Positions 1-12,200 of a DNA stretch of 63,556 bases are shown here, piece after piece. This stretch comes from Chthoniobacteraceae bacterium (lineage in GTDB: Bacteria; Verrucomicrobiota; Verrucomicrobiia; Chthoniobacterales; Chthoniobacteraceae): NCBI GenBank assembly GCA_031409335.1, contig JANNWY010000176.1, positions 1 through 63,556 of the forward strand, written 5' to 3'. Numbering within the stretch: position 1 is the stretch's first letter; every line of letters starts with the position of its first letter. Made by a program: the position numbers and the translations under genes. Under the pieces are notes generated by a model that was not told the DNA's origin, made no database searches, and saw nothing but the letters and a program-made list of their open reading frames with translations.

Positions 1-98
1 GGTAACGCGGATGGCTCCGGCCACTGAGCCCCGCTCGCCGCTGGAGCGGCCAGCCACGGGCGCTTTTACTTCCGCGCACTTTCCGCTCTGCTGTTTGC

Positions 99-905
99 AT
101 GGAAAAAATCCGCCCACCTGACCCGGCGCTGCCGGGCATCGATCAACTCGTTGGCATCGTCGCGCAACTCCGCGCGCCGGGCGGCTGCCCGTGGGATCGC
201 GAGCAGACGCACGCGAGTTTGCGCGGTGGGTTGCTGGAGGAGGCGTATGAAGTCGTGACGGCGATCGACAATTCCGACGACGAGAATCTGCGCGAGGAAC
301 TTGGCGATCTGCTGCTCCAGTCGGTCTTTCACGCGCAGATCGCGGTCGAGGAAGGGCGGTTCAATTTCGACGATGTGGCGCGCAGTATTTCGGAAAAACT
401 GATCCGGCGGCATCCGCATGTTTTTGGCGAAGACCAGTGCGCGGACTCCGCGGCGGTGCTGCAGCGATGGGAGGAAATCAAGCGCACGGAAAAAGGCGGC
501 GATGCGGCGAAGTCAGTGCTGGACGGCATTCCCAGCTCGCTCGCCGCGCTGATGCGGGCGCAGAAGGTGCAGAAGAAAGCGGCAAAAGTTGGCTTCGACT
601 GGGATGCCGCCGCCCCGGTGATCACGAAAGTGCGCGAGGAACTCGCCGAGGTCGAAGCGGCCATCGCGGCGCAGAATGCCAACGCGCTTGAAGACGAAAT
701 CGGCGACCTGCTTTTTTCCGTCGTGAATCTCGCGCGCAAACTGAAGATCGACGCCGAGGTCGCGCTGCACCGTGCGACGGGAAAATTCATCGCGCGCTTT
801 CACGCCGTGGAAGCCCTCGCCCGCGAACGCTCGCTCGCGCTGGAAAAACTCACGCTCGCCGAACTCGACGTGCTGTGGGACGAGATCAAGTCGCGCCGCG
901 CATGA
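99..905 (+). CDS. mazG: Nucleoside triphosphate pyrophosphohydrolase MazG
   Basis: LRAPGGCPWDREQTH, EEAYE, EELGDLL, KLIRRHPHVFG and a second MazG repeat (EDEIGDLLF). Confidence 0.97.
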   Translation: MEKIRPPDPALPGIDQLVGIVAQLRAPGGCPWDREQTHASLRGGLLEEAYEVVTAIDNSDDENLREELGDLLLQSVFHAQIAVEEGRFNFDDVARSISEKLIRRHPHVFGEDQCADSAAVLQRWEEIKRTEKGGDAAKSVLDGIPSSLAALMRAQKVQKKAAKVGFDWDAAAPVITKVREELAEVEAAIAAQNANALEDEIGDLLFSVVNLARKLKIDAEVALHRATGKFIARFHAVEALARERSLALEKLTLAELDVLWDEIKSRRA

Positions 906-2224
906 GCGAGCCGGGCGCAATTCCCCGCGACGCCTGCCGTTCGCTGCTCATCTACAATCTCGCGTTCCCGCTCGTCCTCATTTTCCTGCTGCCGGGAATC
1001 CTGCTGCGGACACTTCGGCGCGGGAATTTTCGCGATAAATTTGGCCAGCGGCTCGGGCGTTACGACGCGGCGGATCGCGCGCGGTTTGCGGGCGGGCGCT
1101 GGTTGTGGATTCACTCCATCAGCGTTGGCGAAACGCTCGTCGCGCTGAAATTCGCGCGCGAGATTCACGCGCAGGCTCCCGAGTTTCAGATCGCGCTCAG
1201 CGTCACCACTTCCACCGGGCTCGCGCTCGCAAACGACGCCGCGTGCGACTGGCTCGCGGCGCTCTACAATCCGATCGACTCGCCGCGCTGCGTGCGCGAG
1301 GCGCTCGATTTGATCCGGCCCGAAAAGCTGCTGCTCATCGAAGGCGAAGTCTGGCCGAATCTCGTCGCCGAATGCCGCGAGCGAGGCATCCCCGTCGCGC
1401 TCGTGAACGCGCGGCTTTCCCCGCGCAGCGAGCGCCGCCTGCTCGTCACGCGCTTCTGGGTCGGCCCGATTTTTCGGCTGCTCGACGAGGTGTTTGTTCC
1501 CGAAAATGACGACATCGCGCGGTGGCAATCGCTCGGCGTTCCGGCGGAAAGAATCCGCGTCACGGGCAGCATCAAATTCGACTCGCCAACCGGCACGCCG
1601 ACGCGCGAAGCGGAGTTTCGCGCGCTGCTCGCGCCGCTCGGCGTCACGGCGAAAACGCCTATCCTTCTCGGCGGCAGCACGTGGTTTCCCGAGGAGAGAG
1701 TCCTCGCCGACACGCTGCTCCGATTGCGCGCCGAGTTTCCCGATCTTTTCCTCATCCTCGTCCCGCGCCACGTCGAGCGCTCCGCCGAAATCCTGCGCTC
1801 GCTCGCACCGCTGCGGATCGTGCGCCGCACCGCGCTCCCGCACGCGCAGCCACTCGATGCGCTGCTCGTCGATACCACCGGCGAACTCCGCGATTGGTGT
1901 TCGCTCGCGACGATCGTCTTCGTCGGAAAAAGCCTCCCGCAAGTCGCGCAGCCCGGCGGGCAAAATCCTGCCGAACCCGCGGCGCTGGGGAAACCCGTGC
2001 TGTGCGGCCCGCGGATGGAAAATTTCACCGCGATCATCAACCACCTGCTCGCGCACGGCGCAGCCCGCACGGTCGCCGATCCCGCTTCACTCGAACACGA
2101 ATCCGCCGCGCTCCTGCGCAATCCCGCCGCCCGCGCCGCGATGGCCGCCGCCGCTGCCACGGCGCTCGCGAGCCACGCCGGCGCGACCGCGCGCACAGCC
2201 CGGATGATGTTGGAAAAATCCTGA
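902..2224 (+). CDS. waaA: 3-deoxy-D-manno-octulosonic acid (Kdo) transferase
   Basis: WIHSISVGE, E-WPNL, VNARLS, TGSIKFD, ILVPRH, DTTGEL, GGQNPAEPA; ATG at 902 overlaps the mazG stop (ATGA). Confidence 0.95.
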   Translation: MSEPGAIPRDACRSLLIYNLAFPLVLIFLLPGILLRTLRRGNFRDKFGQRLGRYDAADRARFAGGRWLWIHSISVGETLVALKFAREIHAQAPEFQIALSVTTSTGLALANDAACDWLAALYNPIDSPRCVREALDLIRPEKLLLIEGEVWPNLVAECRERGIPVALVNARLSPRSERRLLVTRFWVGPIFRLLDEVFVPENDDIARWQSLGVPAERIRVTGSIKFDSPTGTPTREAEFRALLAPLGVTAKTPILLGGSTWFPEERVLADTLLRLRAEFPDLFLILVPRHVERSAEILRSLAPLRIVRRTALPHAQPLDALLVDTTGELRDWCSLATIVFVGKSLPQVAQPGGQNPAEPAALGKPVLCGPRMENFTAIINHLLAHGAARTVADPASLEHESAALLRNPAARAAMAAAAATALASHAGATARTARMMLEKS

Positions 2225-2293
2225 CCGGCCTCCGCCTTGCTTCCCCGTGAAAGGTGCGTATTCTCGGGCCACTTGGGAACGTATTTTTTTCAG

Positions 2294-3046
2294 ATGAAAC
2301 GCACCATCCTGCTCATTGCACTCGCGCTCCTTCCACTCGCCGTCGTGGCTCGCTCTCCGCGAGCGGTTGGCGTGAAACTGGCCCGCACCTTTCCCTACTC
2401 GATGATCGGGCAGCTCACGTTTTACAGCGGCGACGGCCAGTATGTCGCCACCGGCACGGTGGTGCAGGCGTATGGCGTGCTCACTGCGGCGCACAATCTT
2501 TATGACCCGGCCGGCGGCTGGTCCACCGATCTGCTTTTCAAACGCGCGCACTACGACGACACGGAGTTGTCTTCGCGCTACGCTTCGAAAATTTACGTGC
2601 TCGGCGGCTACCAGTCGAATGTCAGCAACTATGGCGCGGACGACCCGCGCTCGTTTGCGAAGGATACCGGCGGGCTTTCATTTCAGACACGGCCAGCGGC
2701 CGGCGGTTATATCGGCTGGACGACGGATCGGAATGTCTTGCTGACTTCCACGCCGAAGGCGGCGTTTGGATACGGCGCGGTCGTTCACAGCGGGGAAGAA
2801 TTGCTCGTCGTCGGGGCGACTCCGTTCAGCCCGGTTTACAGCGCGTTCTACGAAAGTTACGGCACCGAAATCGAAGCCGGCATGAGCGGCGGGCCGATCA
2901 TCGCGACCCTGCCCGACGGCACGCGCTCGCTTTGCGGCGTCGTCGTTTCCGGCTCGGATGATCCTGTCACCGGAGGGATCCGCATCGTGAATGGGACCAC
3001 GTCTGATTTCATCCAGAGATATCTCGGCGCGCCCGCCACGCGGTGA
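2294..3046 (+). CDS. Secreted trypsin-like serine protease
   Basis: Signal peptide MKRTILLIALALL; LTAAH catalytic His motif; GMSGGP catalytic Ser motif. Confidence 0.8.
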   Translation: MKRTILLIALALLPLAVVARSPRAVGVKLARTFPYSMIGQLTFYSGDGQYVATGTVVQAYGVLTAAHNLYDPAGGWSTDLLFKRAHYDDTELSSRYASKIYVLGGYQSNVSNYGADDPRSFAKDTGGLSFQTRPAAGGYIGWTTDRNVLLTSTPKAAFGYGAVVHSGEELLVVGATPFSPVYSAFYESYGTEIEAGMSGGPIIATLPDGTRSLCGVVVSGSDDPVTGGIRIVNGTTSDFIQRYLGAPATR

Positions 3047-4146
3047 TCGTGGAGCGGCGTCACGCGATCCTGATCGGGGCGTGCGGGCTGGCGGTTGGGA
3101 TACTTTGCTACTGGCTGTTTGCGGGGAAAACTGATGGGCGCGGTAAAACGGGAACGCCAGCGACCGATGGCGCGATCGATGCGACGGCACCATCCGCCCC
3201 GGATGGCACGCTCGGCGGTCGCATCGCCGGGATGCTTGCGACGTTGCGCCGCAATGCGGCAAGCGCCTCCGGCCTCGAAATGCTGAGGCGCGCGCTTTTT
3301 GAAAATCAGACAGAAGGCATCGTGGCGATCCGCGAGTTTCTGGCGACGAAAGAAGACGCGGCCACCGGGCAGAAATTCACCGTCGGGCCGGGCGGCAAAC
3401 TGGAAGGCGCGCCGACGCTGCGGATTTTTCTGCTCGATCAATTGGGACAACTATCGCGTCAGACCGGCGGCGGTGCCGGTGCGGCAGTCGCGCGGGAGAT
3501 TCTTGCCAAAAAAGATTCGCCCGATGAGTGGGCGATCGCGCTGCGCAATCTGGCGTGGGACGAGCCGAAATCGCTCCCGTTTCTCGCAGCCAAGATGCAC
3601 GAGATGCTCGGCTACGAACCGTGGACCGCGACGCCGACCAGCGGAATGCTCGAGGCGTTTGATGTCGCGGTTTATTCGCGCGACGCGAGTTTCATTCCGA
3701 CACTGTCCGCGTTTGCCGGCGGCGAAAATCCGCCGCTCCAGCGCGCCGCGACCGTCGCGCTCGATCGCCTTGCCGAGAGTTCTCCGCTGGCCGTGATGGA
3801 GTATTTGAACACCCATCCCGAGACGATCGCCGACATCCCCTATGTGCGCGCCGACTACTTTGCCAAAGCCAATCTCGGCGACGAACAGCAGCGCAAAGCG
3901 GTCGAGACTTATCTCGATCGCGCGGATGTCAGCGCCGGTGAAAAGACCAAGTTTCTCCATGCCATCGCGTCGCCCGGCAGCTTCGTTTCGGACAGTCTGC
4001 TCGAGACGGTGCAGCCGCCCGACAACGCCACCGCGCGCTACGCCGGCATCACCGCCGCCACCGCGGAATGGCTGCGCACGAATCGCTTTCCCGCGCTGCA
4101 AGGCCACGTCGGCTGGCTGCTCCAGCGGGCAACGCTCGCGGAGTGA
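3043..4146 (+). CDS. Membrane-anchored alpha-helical (HEAT-like) hypothetical protein
   Basis: 367 aa ORF with N-terminal hydrophobic segment; GTGA overlap with the protease stop. Confidence 0.7.
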   Translation: MIVERRHAILIGACGLAVGILCYWLFAGKTDGRGKTGTPATDGAIDATAPSAPDGTLGGRIAGMLATLRRNAASASGLEMLRRALFENQTEGIVAIREFLATKEDAATGQKFTVGPGGKLEGAPTLRIFLLDQLGQLSRQTGGGAGAAVAREILAKKDSPDEWAIALRNLAWDEPKSLPFLAAKMHEMLGYEPWTATPTSGMLEAFDVAVYSRDASFIPTLSAFAGGENPPLQRAATVALDRLAESSPLAVMEYLNTHPETIADIPYVRADYFAKANLGDEQQRKAVETYLDRADVSAGEKTKFLHAIASPGSFVSDSLLETVQPPDNATARYAGITAATAEWLRTNRFPALQGHVGWLLQRATLAE

Positions 4147-5229
4147 TCAGTCGCCAAATTTGATCCCCACGGCGCGCGCCGTCAGCACCATCTGGCTGTC
4201 CGGCCGGACGACCTTCAGGCGATCGACGGCATCCGCGATCGGCACGCCGCCGACTTCATAGTTTGAATACGAAACCATCTGCCCGAGCCGACCTTCCGCG
4301 ATGAGTTCCACCGCGTGAACGCCGAAGCGCGTGCCGAGGATGCGATCGAGCGTGGTCGGCGGACCGCCGCGCTGGAGATGGCCGAGGACGCACGTGCGCG
4401 TTTCCTTTTTCGCCAGCCGCTCGATCTGAAATGCGACGCGCTCGCCGATGCCGCCGAGCTTGTGTTCACCGGAGGTCGTCTTTTGGAAAACTTCACTTTC
4501 GCCGATCGCGTGCGCGCCTTCCGCGACGACGATGAGGCTGCTCAGGCAGTGGTCGGCTTCGCGCTGGCGCACGGCTTCGGCGACCTTTTCGTAGTCGAAC
4601 GGAATCTCGGGAATCAGGATCACATCCGCGCCGCCCGCGAGCCCGCCGTAGAGCGCGATCCAGCCGGCGTGGCGACCCATCACTTCGATCACCATCGCGC
4701 GTTTGTGGCTGCTCGCCGTCGTGTGCAAACGATCGAGCGCATCCGCGACGCAAGCGACGGCACTGTCGAAACCGAAAGTCATCGCGGTCGCTTCGAGATC
4801 GTTGTCGATCGTCTTTGGCACACCGACGATCGGGATGCCCGCCTCGTGGAGCTGGAGCGCGCACGTCAGCGAGCCATCGCCGCCGATGGCGATCAGCGCG
4901 TCGATGCCGAGTGCGGCAAGCGTCGCCTTGGTCCGCGCGATGATTTCCGGCGCGACCTGCGCCTTCGCACCCGCGCCGACTTTGGTGATGAAGTGTCCGC
5001 GATTCGTCGTGCCGAGGATCGTCCCGCCGAGCGGCATGATGCCCGCGGTACGCTTCAGATCGAGCGTCTCGAAATTCTCTTTGTTCTCCGTGAGCAGACC
5101 CTCGAAGCCATCGTGAATCCCCACCACTTCCCACCGCCGATTCGTCGCCGCGCGCACCACACCGCGCAGCACTGCGTTCAGTCCGGGGCAATCGCCGCCG
5201 CTGGTCAGCACCCCGATCCGCTTGCTCAT
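4147..5229 (-). CDS. pfkA: 6-phosphofructokinase (PfkA family, probably ATP-dependent)
   Basis: TSGGDCPGLNA, GGTILGT, GGDGS, PKTIDND, EVMGRHAG, LGHLQRGG. Confidence 0.95.
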   Translation of the reverse strand: MSKRIGVLTSGGDCPGLNAVLRGVVRAATNRRWEVVGIHDGFEGLLTENKENFETLDLKRTAGIMPLGGTILGTTNRGHFITKVGAGAKAQVAPEIIARTKATLAALGIDALIAIGGDGSLTCALQLHEAGIPIVGVPKTIDNDLEATAMTFGFDSAVACVADALDRLHTTASSHKRAMVIEVMGRHAGWIALYGGLAGGADVILIPEIPFDYEKVAEAVRQREADHCLSSLIVVAEGAHAIGESEVFQKTTSGEHKLGGIGERVAFQIERLAKKETRTCVLGHLQRGGPPTTLDRILGTRFGVHAVELIAEGRLGQMVSYSNYEVGGVPIADAVDRLKVVRPDSQMVLTARAVGIKFGD

Positions 5230-6161
5230 TGCGGCTTCCAGCCTTTCACCGGCCGCCCCGCCGCCGCCCAGGAATCGTAACGCTGCCAGCCGCGCTGGAG
5301 CAGGCCCTTCGCGATGCCAAAACGATCCGCCGCGCCGAGCACGATCACATTCAACCGACGCGGCGTGATGATGTGTTTTTCACCCACCTGCCGGCTCTCC
5401 GGCGGACGCGCCGCGCTGATCGCCACACAGCCGCCGGCCTTGCGCGTGGTGCCCGTTTTCACGCCGTCGATCGAGTTCTGGCCGAGCAGTTCGTTCGTGT
5501 TGCGGAGCAAATAAAACGTCTGTTCGCCCGTCGCGGTTTCGATGGCGATCTTGCGCTCTTTTTGGCTCACGTAAAAGCGGAACGCCGAGCTGTCCATCGC
5601 GTATGCCACCAGCCTCGCGAGGTCTTCCGCCGTGCTGTAGGGATTGCTGCGTTCGAGGCCGTCGAGGCCGTGCGCATTCAAAAATCGCGTGCGCGCCATG
5701 CCGAGCCGCCGCGCGAGCGCGTTCATCTGCGCCACGAATGCCTCGCCCGGCGCGCCGCGTCCCAGCGTTCCGCCGACATGCGCCGCGAGCGTCTCGGCGG
5801 CCTGGTTGTCGCTCTGCATCAGAGCGGCGTAAAGCAGGTCGCGCAGCGTGACGCGGTCGCCCGGCGTGAGCCCCGCGCTCGCCGTGGAATTCAAGCCCGC
5901 CGCCGATTGCGGCACGGTCGCAAATTCATTGATGTCGCGACGTTCCGCCTCCACCCAATCGAGCACCACCATCGCCGTCGCGACCTTGGTGATGCTGCCG
6001 ATTTGCAGTTTTTTCGCGGGATTCGAGCTGTCGAGGATGACGCCCGTCGTGGTATCCGCCACGACCCACGCGGCGGCCTGCGCGGCGGCGGCGCGAAGCG
6101 GAAGAACCCACGCGGCAAACAGGACTAGGAGTGTAAAATGAAACAAACGGACAATAGACAT
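5226..6161 (-). CDS. D-alanyl-D-alanine carboxypeptidase (peptidase S11)
   Basis: SxxK (SITK), SxN (SDN), NAHGLD, KTG; signal peptide. Confidence 0.92.
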   Translation of the reverse strand: MSIVRLFHFTLLVLFAAWVLPLRAAAAQAAAWVVADTTTGVILDSSNPAKKLQIGSITKVATAMVVLDWVEAERRDINEFATVPQSAAGLNSTASAGLTPGDRVTLRDLLYAALMQSDNQAAETLAAHVGGTLGRGAPGEAFVAQMNALARRLGMARTRFLNAHGLDGLERSNPYSTAEDLARLVAYAMDSSAFRFYVSQKERKIAIETATGEQTFYLLRNTNELLGQNSIDGVKTGTTRKAGGCVAISAARPPESRQVGEKHIITPRRLNVIVLGAADRFGIAKGLLQRGWQRYDSWAAAGRPVKGWKPQ

Positions 6162-6283
6162 CGAGCTGGAAAAGGCGGGATACTAACGAGCGTCGATGAA
6201 TTGGCAACTTCCGCAGCAATACCGCAGCCGCGAGGATGTGGAAGACGCTGTGGAAACCCGCTGATTCACTGGCAGGGCATCGA

Positions 6284-9200
6284 TCATTTGTTGCAGTCTT
6301 TGATGACCTTCAGCGCACCTTGAATCGCTTTGTTTAGGCCTTTGTTCGCGCTGCTCGCCGACCCGAGTTTTGGATTGCTCGGACGCGGGATGGCGGAGGT
6401 GATGGCGCAATTTGTGGACACATCGACCTGCACGCCATAGAGCCCGAGCGTAGCGGCTCCGAGCAATTTGCACACGCACTCGCCGACCCTCGTGGCTTGT
6501 TCGATCGTTTGGGTCGCGATGCGCGTGACGAGCGTTTGGTATTCGACCGCAGCAGTCTCGCCGGATGGGTCGGTGCGGTTGTGCGGGTCGTTGCCGGCGT
6601 AGCGATTAAGATTTAGATCCCCGCCTTCAAGGAAGGCAGGATCCTCCTGAATGAATCTCCCCAGCGATGGCGAGTAGTGGCGAGCCCGATTTTCGTAGAG
6701 TTGAGTGGCATCGCTCCAGAAGCGGCCGGCGAAGCGTAGATTCCCCAGCAGCGCGGGATTGCCGCTGATGAGTTGGCCGAAGGCGTCGTAGTCGGCCCAA
6801 ACGACGGGCGTCACCGCGCCGGGCACGGTGGGACTGCTGCTGCTGGCATCCACGGTGATGACGCCGCGGATGCTGTTGCGCTGGTCCTGGAGGAACCAGC
6901 GTTCGCCGAGCGTGGCATCCCACATGGCGAAGAAGCGGTCGAGCTTGTCCAGGTCATAGAAATACATCCGTTTGATGAAGTTCTGGCCGTTGGCGAACTC
7001 GGCGAACGGCATCCCGCGGTCGTTAAGAATCCAGGTCGTGCTACCACCCTCGACGCGTTTGATGAGGAGTCTGCGCCAGTCGTAGGCGTATTCGCCCACG
7101 TTCACGGGGGGTGCGCCGGCGTTGGCTTTCGTCTGCACGAGGGTGAGCTGGTTGTTATGATCATAGCCAAACTCGCGGATTGCAGCGCTGACTGTATTGG
7201 TCTCGCGGGTGAGATTGCCCTCGAAGTCATACTCCAGCGCGAGGTTACCCACGACGGTCAGCCGGTTACCCGTCGCCACGGTATTAGCCACGGGCTGGAA
7301 GTGTGAAGTCAGGCGGTTGCCTCCCGAATCAAAGGTATAGGTCTCATCCGTCCGGGCCGGGTCGCTATGGGTCACGGCAGTGAGTTGCAGGCCGGCGTCG
7401 TAGCTCATCGTCGCGGTGTTACCGGGCTCGGCGATGCTGGTGATGCAGCCGCCGGGCGAGCGCGTGAGATTCATCGTGGCCTCGGGGAAGAGCAGCGCGC
7501 CGCCATTGTCCTTGTGGCTGATCTGGGTGGCGCGGCCCTTGGTGTCGCGGGTGTAGTGTGTCACGGCGAAGGGTGCCTGATTGAAGTCTGAGGTGAAAAA
7601 GCCCTTGTAGCGTTCAAGTCTGGTCTCGGCACCCATGGCGTCAAAATAATGCCGGACATGGCGTGACTTGGTCGCGCCGGTCAGTTCCGGTAAATCCCAT
7701 TGGGAGCTGTAGATCGTGCCGCCGGAACGCCGGTTGTTGGCCACGATGCCGCCGTCCGGATTGAGGTCCGCGGTATCGCCGAGAGTGATGGAAAGCGGCG
7801 CGCCGGTGTCGTCGTCGGCCCAGGTATAGTTCAAATCAAAGAGAGCCTGGCCGGCGTAGGTCACCCGCTCCCGCGAAGGCCGGTCAGGAACGCTGACGAG
7901 GAAGGACCAAGTGGAACTTCCATCACTGACAGCATCGAAGCGCCCGGAGCTGTTGTAGGTGAAAGTCCAGGTCTTGACCACCGCATCCGCCGCAGTGAGC
8001 CAGCGCTCTTGCGTGACGAGGTTCCGCGCATTGTAGGTCCAGCGCTTCTTGCGGCCATTGCGGTCGATGCGCTCGGTGACGCGGCCCAGGGCATCGTATG
8101 TCATGACAATCTGTTTGCCGTTGGGGTCGGTGTAATGCGTCAGCCGGTTCATGGCATCGTATTGGCCCTGATGCTGATTGCCAGCGGCGTCCGCCAGGGA
8201 AGTCGCGTTACCATTTCCATCGCGGACCGGCGTGACGGTGTAGCCATCCTGGCCTGTGATGGCTATGGGGTCACCATTGGCATCGAGATAGAAGCGGCTG
8301 GTGCCGCCGTTCCAGTCATTCACCGTCACCGAGCCGTCGGCGTTGACCACGGTATTGACCGAGGCCGCGGCGGCGTCGCTCATCGTGGCTGGCAGGCCAT
8401 TGGAATGATAAGTCGCGCTGACATTCTCGCCGCCGGAGGTCGTCGTGCCGGTGATCCGTCCGAGCGCGTCCCGCGTGTAGGTCAGCCGCAGACCATTCGG
8501 GTCGGTGATTTCCTTCGGCAGGCCGTTGGCGCTGTCGTATTGCGTGCGGGTGGTCAGACCGTCGATGGTCGTGGTCTCCACTTGGCCCTCCGGCGTGTAG
8601 GTATAGGCAATGACTGGCTCATCAAAAGTCACCTGTCCCTCTTTGACTAAATTGCCGCGCTCATCATACTCCCAGTAGTCGCGTTTGCCGTCGCTGCGGA
8701 TCATACTCAGCGGCTGGTTGCGGCTGTTGTAAGTCCAGGTCTCGGTCACGAAAAAGGTATCCGGAGGGCGCATAATGGTCAGCACATTGGCCGCCGCGTC
8801 ATAGGTGTAGCGCGTCACCTGGCCGAGCGGGTCCGTCACTCGCGTCTCCTTGTCAGGATGCCGTGTGTCTTCGTAGAGATAACTGGTGACGCCGCCGAGC
8901 GGATTCGTCGCCGTCAGCACATTGCCCCGCGAATTGTAGGTGAGCTGGGTGGCATTGCCGCGCCCGTCTTCAATGCTGCCGGTGAAGCCGAGCGGGTCCC
9001 AGGATTGCTCCACGCGATTCCCCGCCGGATCGATGATGGCGAGGAGCCGCCCGTCGGGGCCGTATTCAAAGGAGTTGCCCGTGCGGCCAAAAGCATCGGT
9101 GACGCTGGCAAGGAAATGCGCCGGGCTGGCGAGGTAGGCGTAGGTGCTGGCTCGACCGTCAGGGTCCGTGACCGAAAGCAAATCCCCCGCCGCAGTGTAT

Positions 9201-12200
9201 GCGTAGCTCCAGGTCTGGCTACCCGCGCTGACTGTGGTGATCCGGCCCTGTGCGTCGCGCGTGAAGAGGAGCTTCGACCCGCCGGAGTGCTCGAAGCCAT
9301 TCTGCGTGTAGCTCAGTTTATTGCCATTGAGATCCTCCGCCTCAAGGAAGCCGCGAGACTCGTGGTAAGTGTAGCGGCTGCCATCCGGGCGCACGAGCAC
9401 GAAGGTGTCCGGGTTCCAAGTGAATGGGATGAGCTGAAAGGTCAGGTCGCCATTCGGGGCTACCGTCAGGAAAGGCGTGGCGCCCTCCGGCACCTCCAGC
9501 TTGTCGTACACGCCGGGGTCTGGGGTGAAACTAACGCGGTAGTTGGCACCAAACAGACCGGGGCTGACATAGACCGAATGGAAGGTGTAGCCATTCCGCC
9601 TGCCATCCGGGCCGGTGATATAGACTCGCACGCCATCGCGATAAGCCGTGGCTCCGAAGATGCCGACGCCAGTCCGCGGCGCGGTTTCGCCGATCTGCGG
9701 ATTAGCCAGGGCCAGCGACCAGCCAAATCCGAAATCGCCCACCTTCCCAGCCTCGAAGGAATCATAGACCCGCTTCAAAATGAGCGGGAATCCGGCCAGC
9801 TCGATACTCACGTCGGTGAACTCACGCCGATGCCGACCCAGCTTGTTTTCTCCGGTCACGTCCACGACGCGGGCCTCCACCCGGCCGAGGCGCAAGTCAT
9901 TGTAGGCAACCACGCGGATGACATAGGCACCATTGGGCAGCGTGCTGGTATCCAGCCTGGCCAGCACTGTGGCGGCGGGCACGGTCGCGGTGCCCTGCGC
10001 GAGGCGTTTCCAAAAGGATTGCGTGCCGCCGAGGTCATTCAAATCAACCGACTCGCGCGGGGCCACATCCACATACCACTCGTTGAGCGGACGATCCGAA
10101 GTGATGCTGCCGACCACGTTCTGCACCAGCCCGGCCAGCGTGGCATCGCTGGGCGAAGTGATGCTGATGACTGGCTGGAGCGAGGCTGGGTCCACGCCTT
10201 TGGCGATTACCTGGCCAAAGTAAGAGACGGCACCGCCGAGCGACGGGGAGGCGGTGATGCGCAGGAAGTAGATGCCATCGGCCACGGTATCGCCGGGAAA
10301 GGTGGCTGCGGTCTGGCTCACTAGATAGCCACTGCCGGAAGCGAGCGGGATATAGTCAGGGTCAACAGCCGCGAGATTGTAAGGGTCCACCAGATTCACC
10401 GGCGCATAGGCCACCTCCCAGATTGGCGGGGAAGTGCCGCCAATGCTGGCGACGATGGGCGTGGGCGCGGCGACTACCGCGCCGGATGCGGGTGAGAAGA
10501 CGCGGATGACGTTGGCATCGCCCCCGCCCGTCGTATTCGGATCGAAGGGTAGGTTACCGTTCGTATCCGTGACATAGATCGTCCAGAACTCCGCCGTCGT
10601 CTGGCCACCTGTGTCGGTGGCGGAGCCGGTGATGTTTAGCACCCCCGGCTGGCTGGGCGTCACGGTGAAGTTACCGTTGGCATCGAGCGGGTAAGTCGTG
10701 CCATTGCCCACTGCCGAGCGCGAGACGATGCCGAGGTCATCCGTCGCGGCCACGCGCAAGGTCGTCGTTTGCCCCTGGCGCAGGGTCTGCGCGCCGCCAG
10801 TTTCCAGCAGGACCACGGGCGGGTTATCCAGGAAGACGCGGCCAAAATCCTGACCGCCGATTGTTTCACTACCCACGATGGCTACGGCGCGCGCATCGGC
10901 TGTGGGCGAGACATAGTTCAGCGCCTGAATCGCCGTCAGAGCCACGCCCCAGTCGATGTCGCCCCCATTGCGAGGCGTGGAGCGGGCCACGATTTTGATG
11001 AAGTTCACCGGCGGGCGCACGTGACTGTTGGCGAGGTCGAGGTTCAGCACGTTGCTGCTCGTCGCCTGATTGATGGTGCTGTGCAAAGTTAGATTCGTCG
11101 CCGTCGGACCGAGATAGACATCGGCCAGTTCAGTAGTCGTGCCCTGTGTGGGCCGGATGATGGCAAAGTCCGGGCCAGCCTTATCCACGATGGTCTCTGC
11201 GAAGCGCAGCGTCACATGGGCGTTCTCCGGCAGGGTGAGAAACTCGGTCGTGTTATAGCTGCCGATGGGTGGTATCTCGTAGCGATTGCCCGCTGGCTTT
11301 AGGACGATGGCCGGGTCCACATAGGAAAAGCGCGTCGGGCTCGTCCAGCTCACGATGACCCAGCGGTCGCCGGGCCAAGTCCGGTTGGCCAGCGCGCCAT
11401 AGGCACCTGCTGGAAAACCGGGTAACCCGAGCGTGGAGTGGGTGTAGTTCACGACCTCATCGGGCCAGCCATCCAGCACCAGCGGGGTCACTTCGACCGG
11501 CAGCGTCTGCGTGTTTCCGGGCTCCAAGTATTGCCTCACATGATAGAAGCCGGGTGTCAGCAGCGTGAAGGTGTAACCTCCCGCCGCGTCCGTCACCGTC
11601 TGCCGTTCGGTAGCATCCAGCTCCCCGTCGTAGTCCGCATCCAGCCAGACGATGGCACCCACGACTGGCACGCCATCCGCCGTGTTACCGTCACGGTTCG
11701 GGTCTGTGCGGACGGCTCCGGTGATCGTTCCGCCGGCGTTGTTAAAAACCAGCGGGTTGGTGAAATACTCCACCACCTCGCGCCCGTCGCGAAAGCCGTC
11801 GCCATCCGTGTCCGCATTGTTGGGAGCCGTGCCGAGCAGCCCCTCTTCCACCGACGAGAGCCCGTCGCCATCGGCATCGGTCGGGTCCAGTGGCCGTAGG
11901 CGGTAGAAGGCTTTTTGCACCAGGGATCCGGACAAAGGCACTTCCAAGATACTGCCCGTTCCGGCAATGGGACCGGACCAAGGCTTGTACTGGAGCAGGT
12001 CCGGCGAGTCCTGTATCTCGTAACGCGCGCCCGCCACCGATTCCCAGAGGAGGAACATGCCCGCCGCGTCGCGTTCGATGCTGAGAACCAATCTGGACGC
12101 GGGTGAGCGCGGATCGGTGCCCGCCAGATATTCACTGCGGGTGGTGAAGCCATCCCCGTCCGGGTCCAGGTCCAATTGCCAGAACTCGACCTGCTTGTCC

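Noticed and set aside
6162..6283. Rhs immunity gene
   Set aside because: The gap is only 122 bp. The 6183-6479 ORF mostly overlaps the Rhs tail and does not look protein-like.
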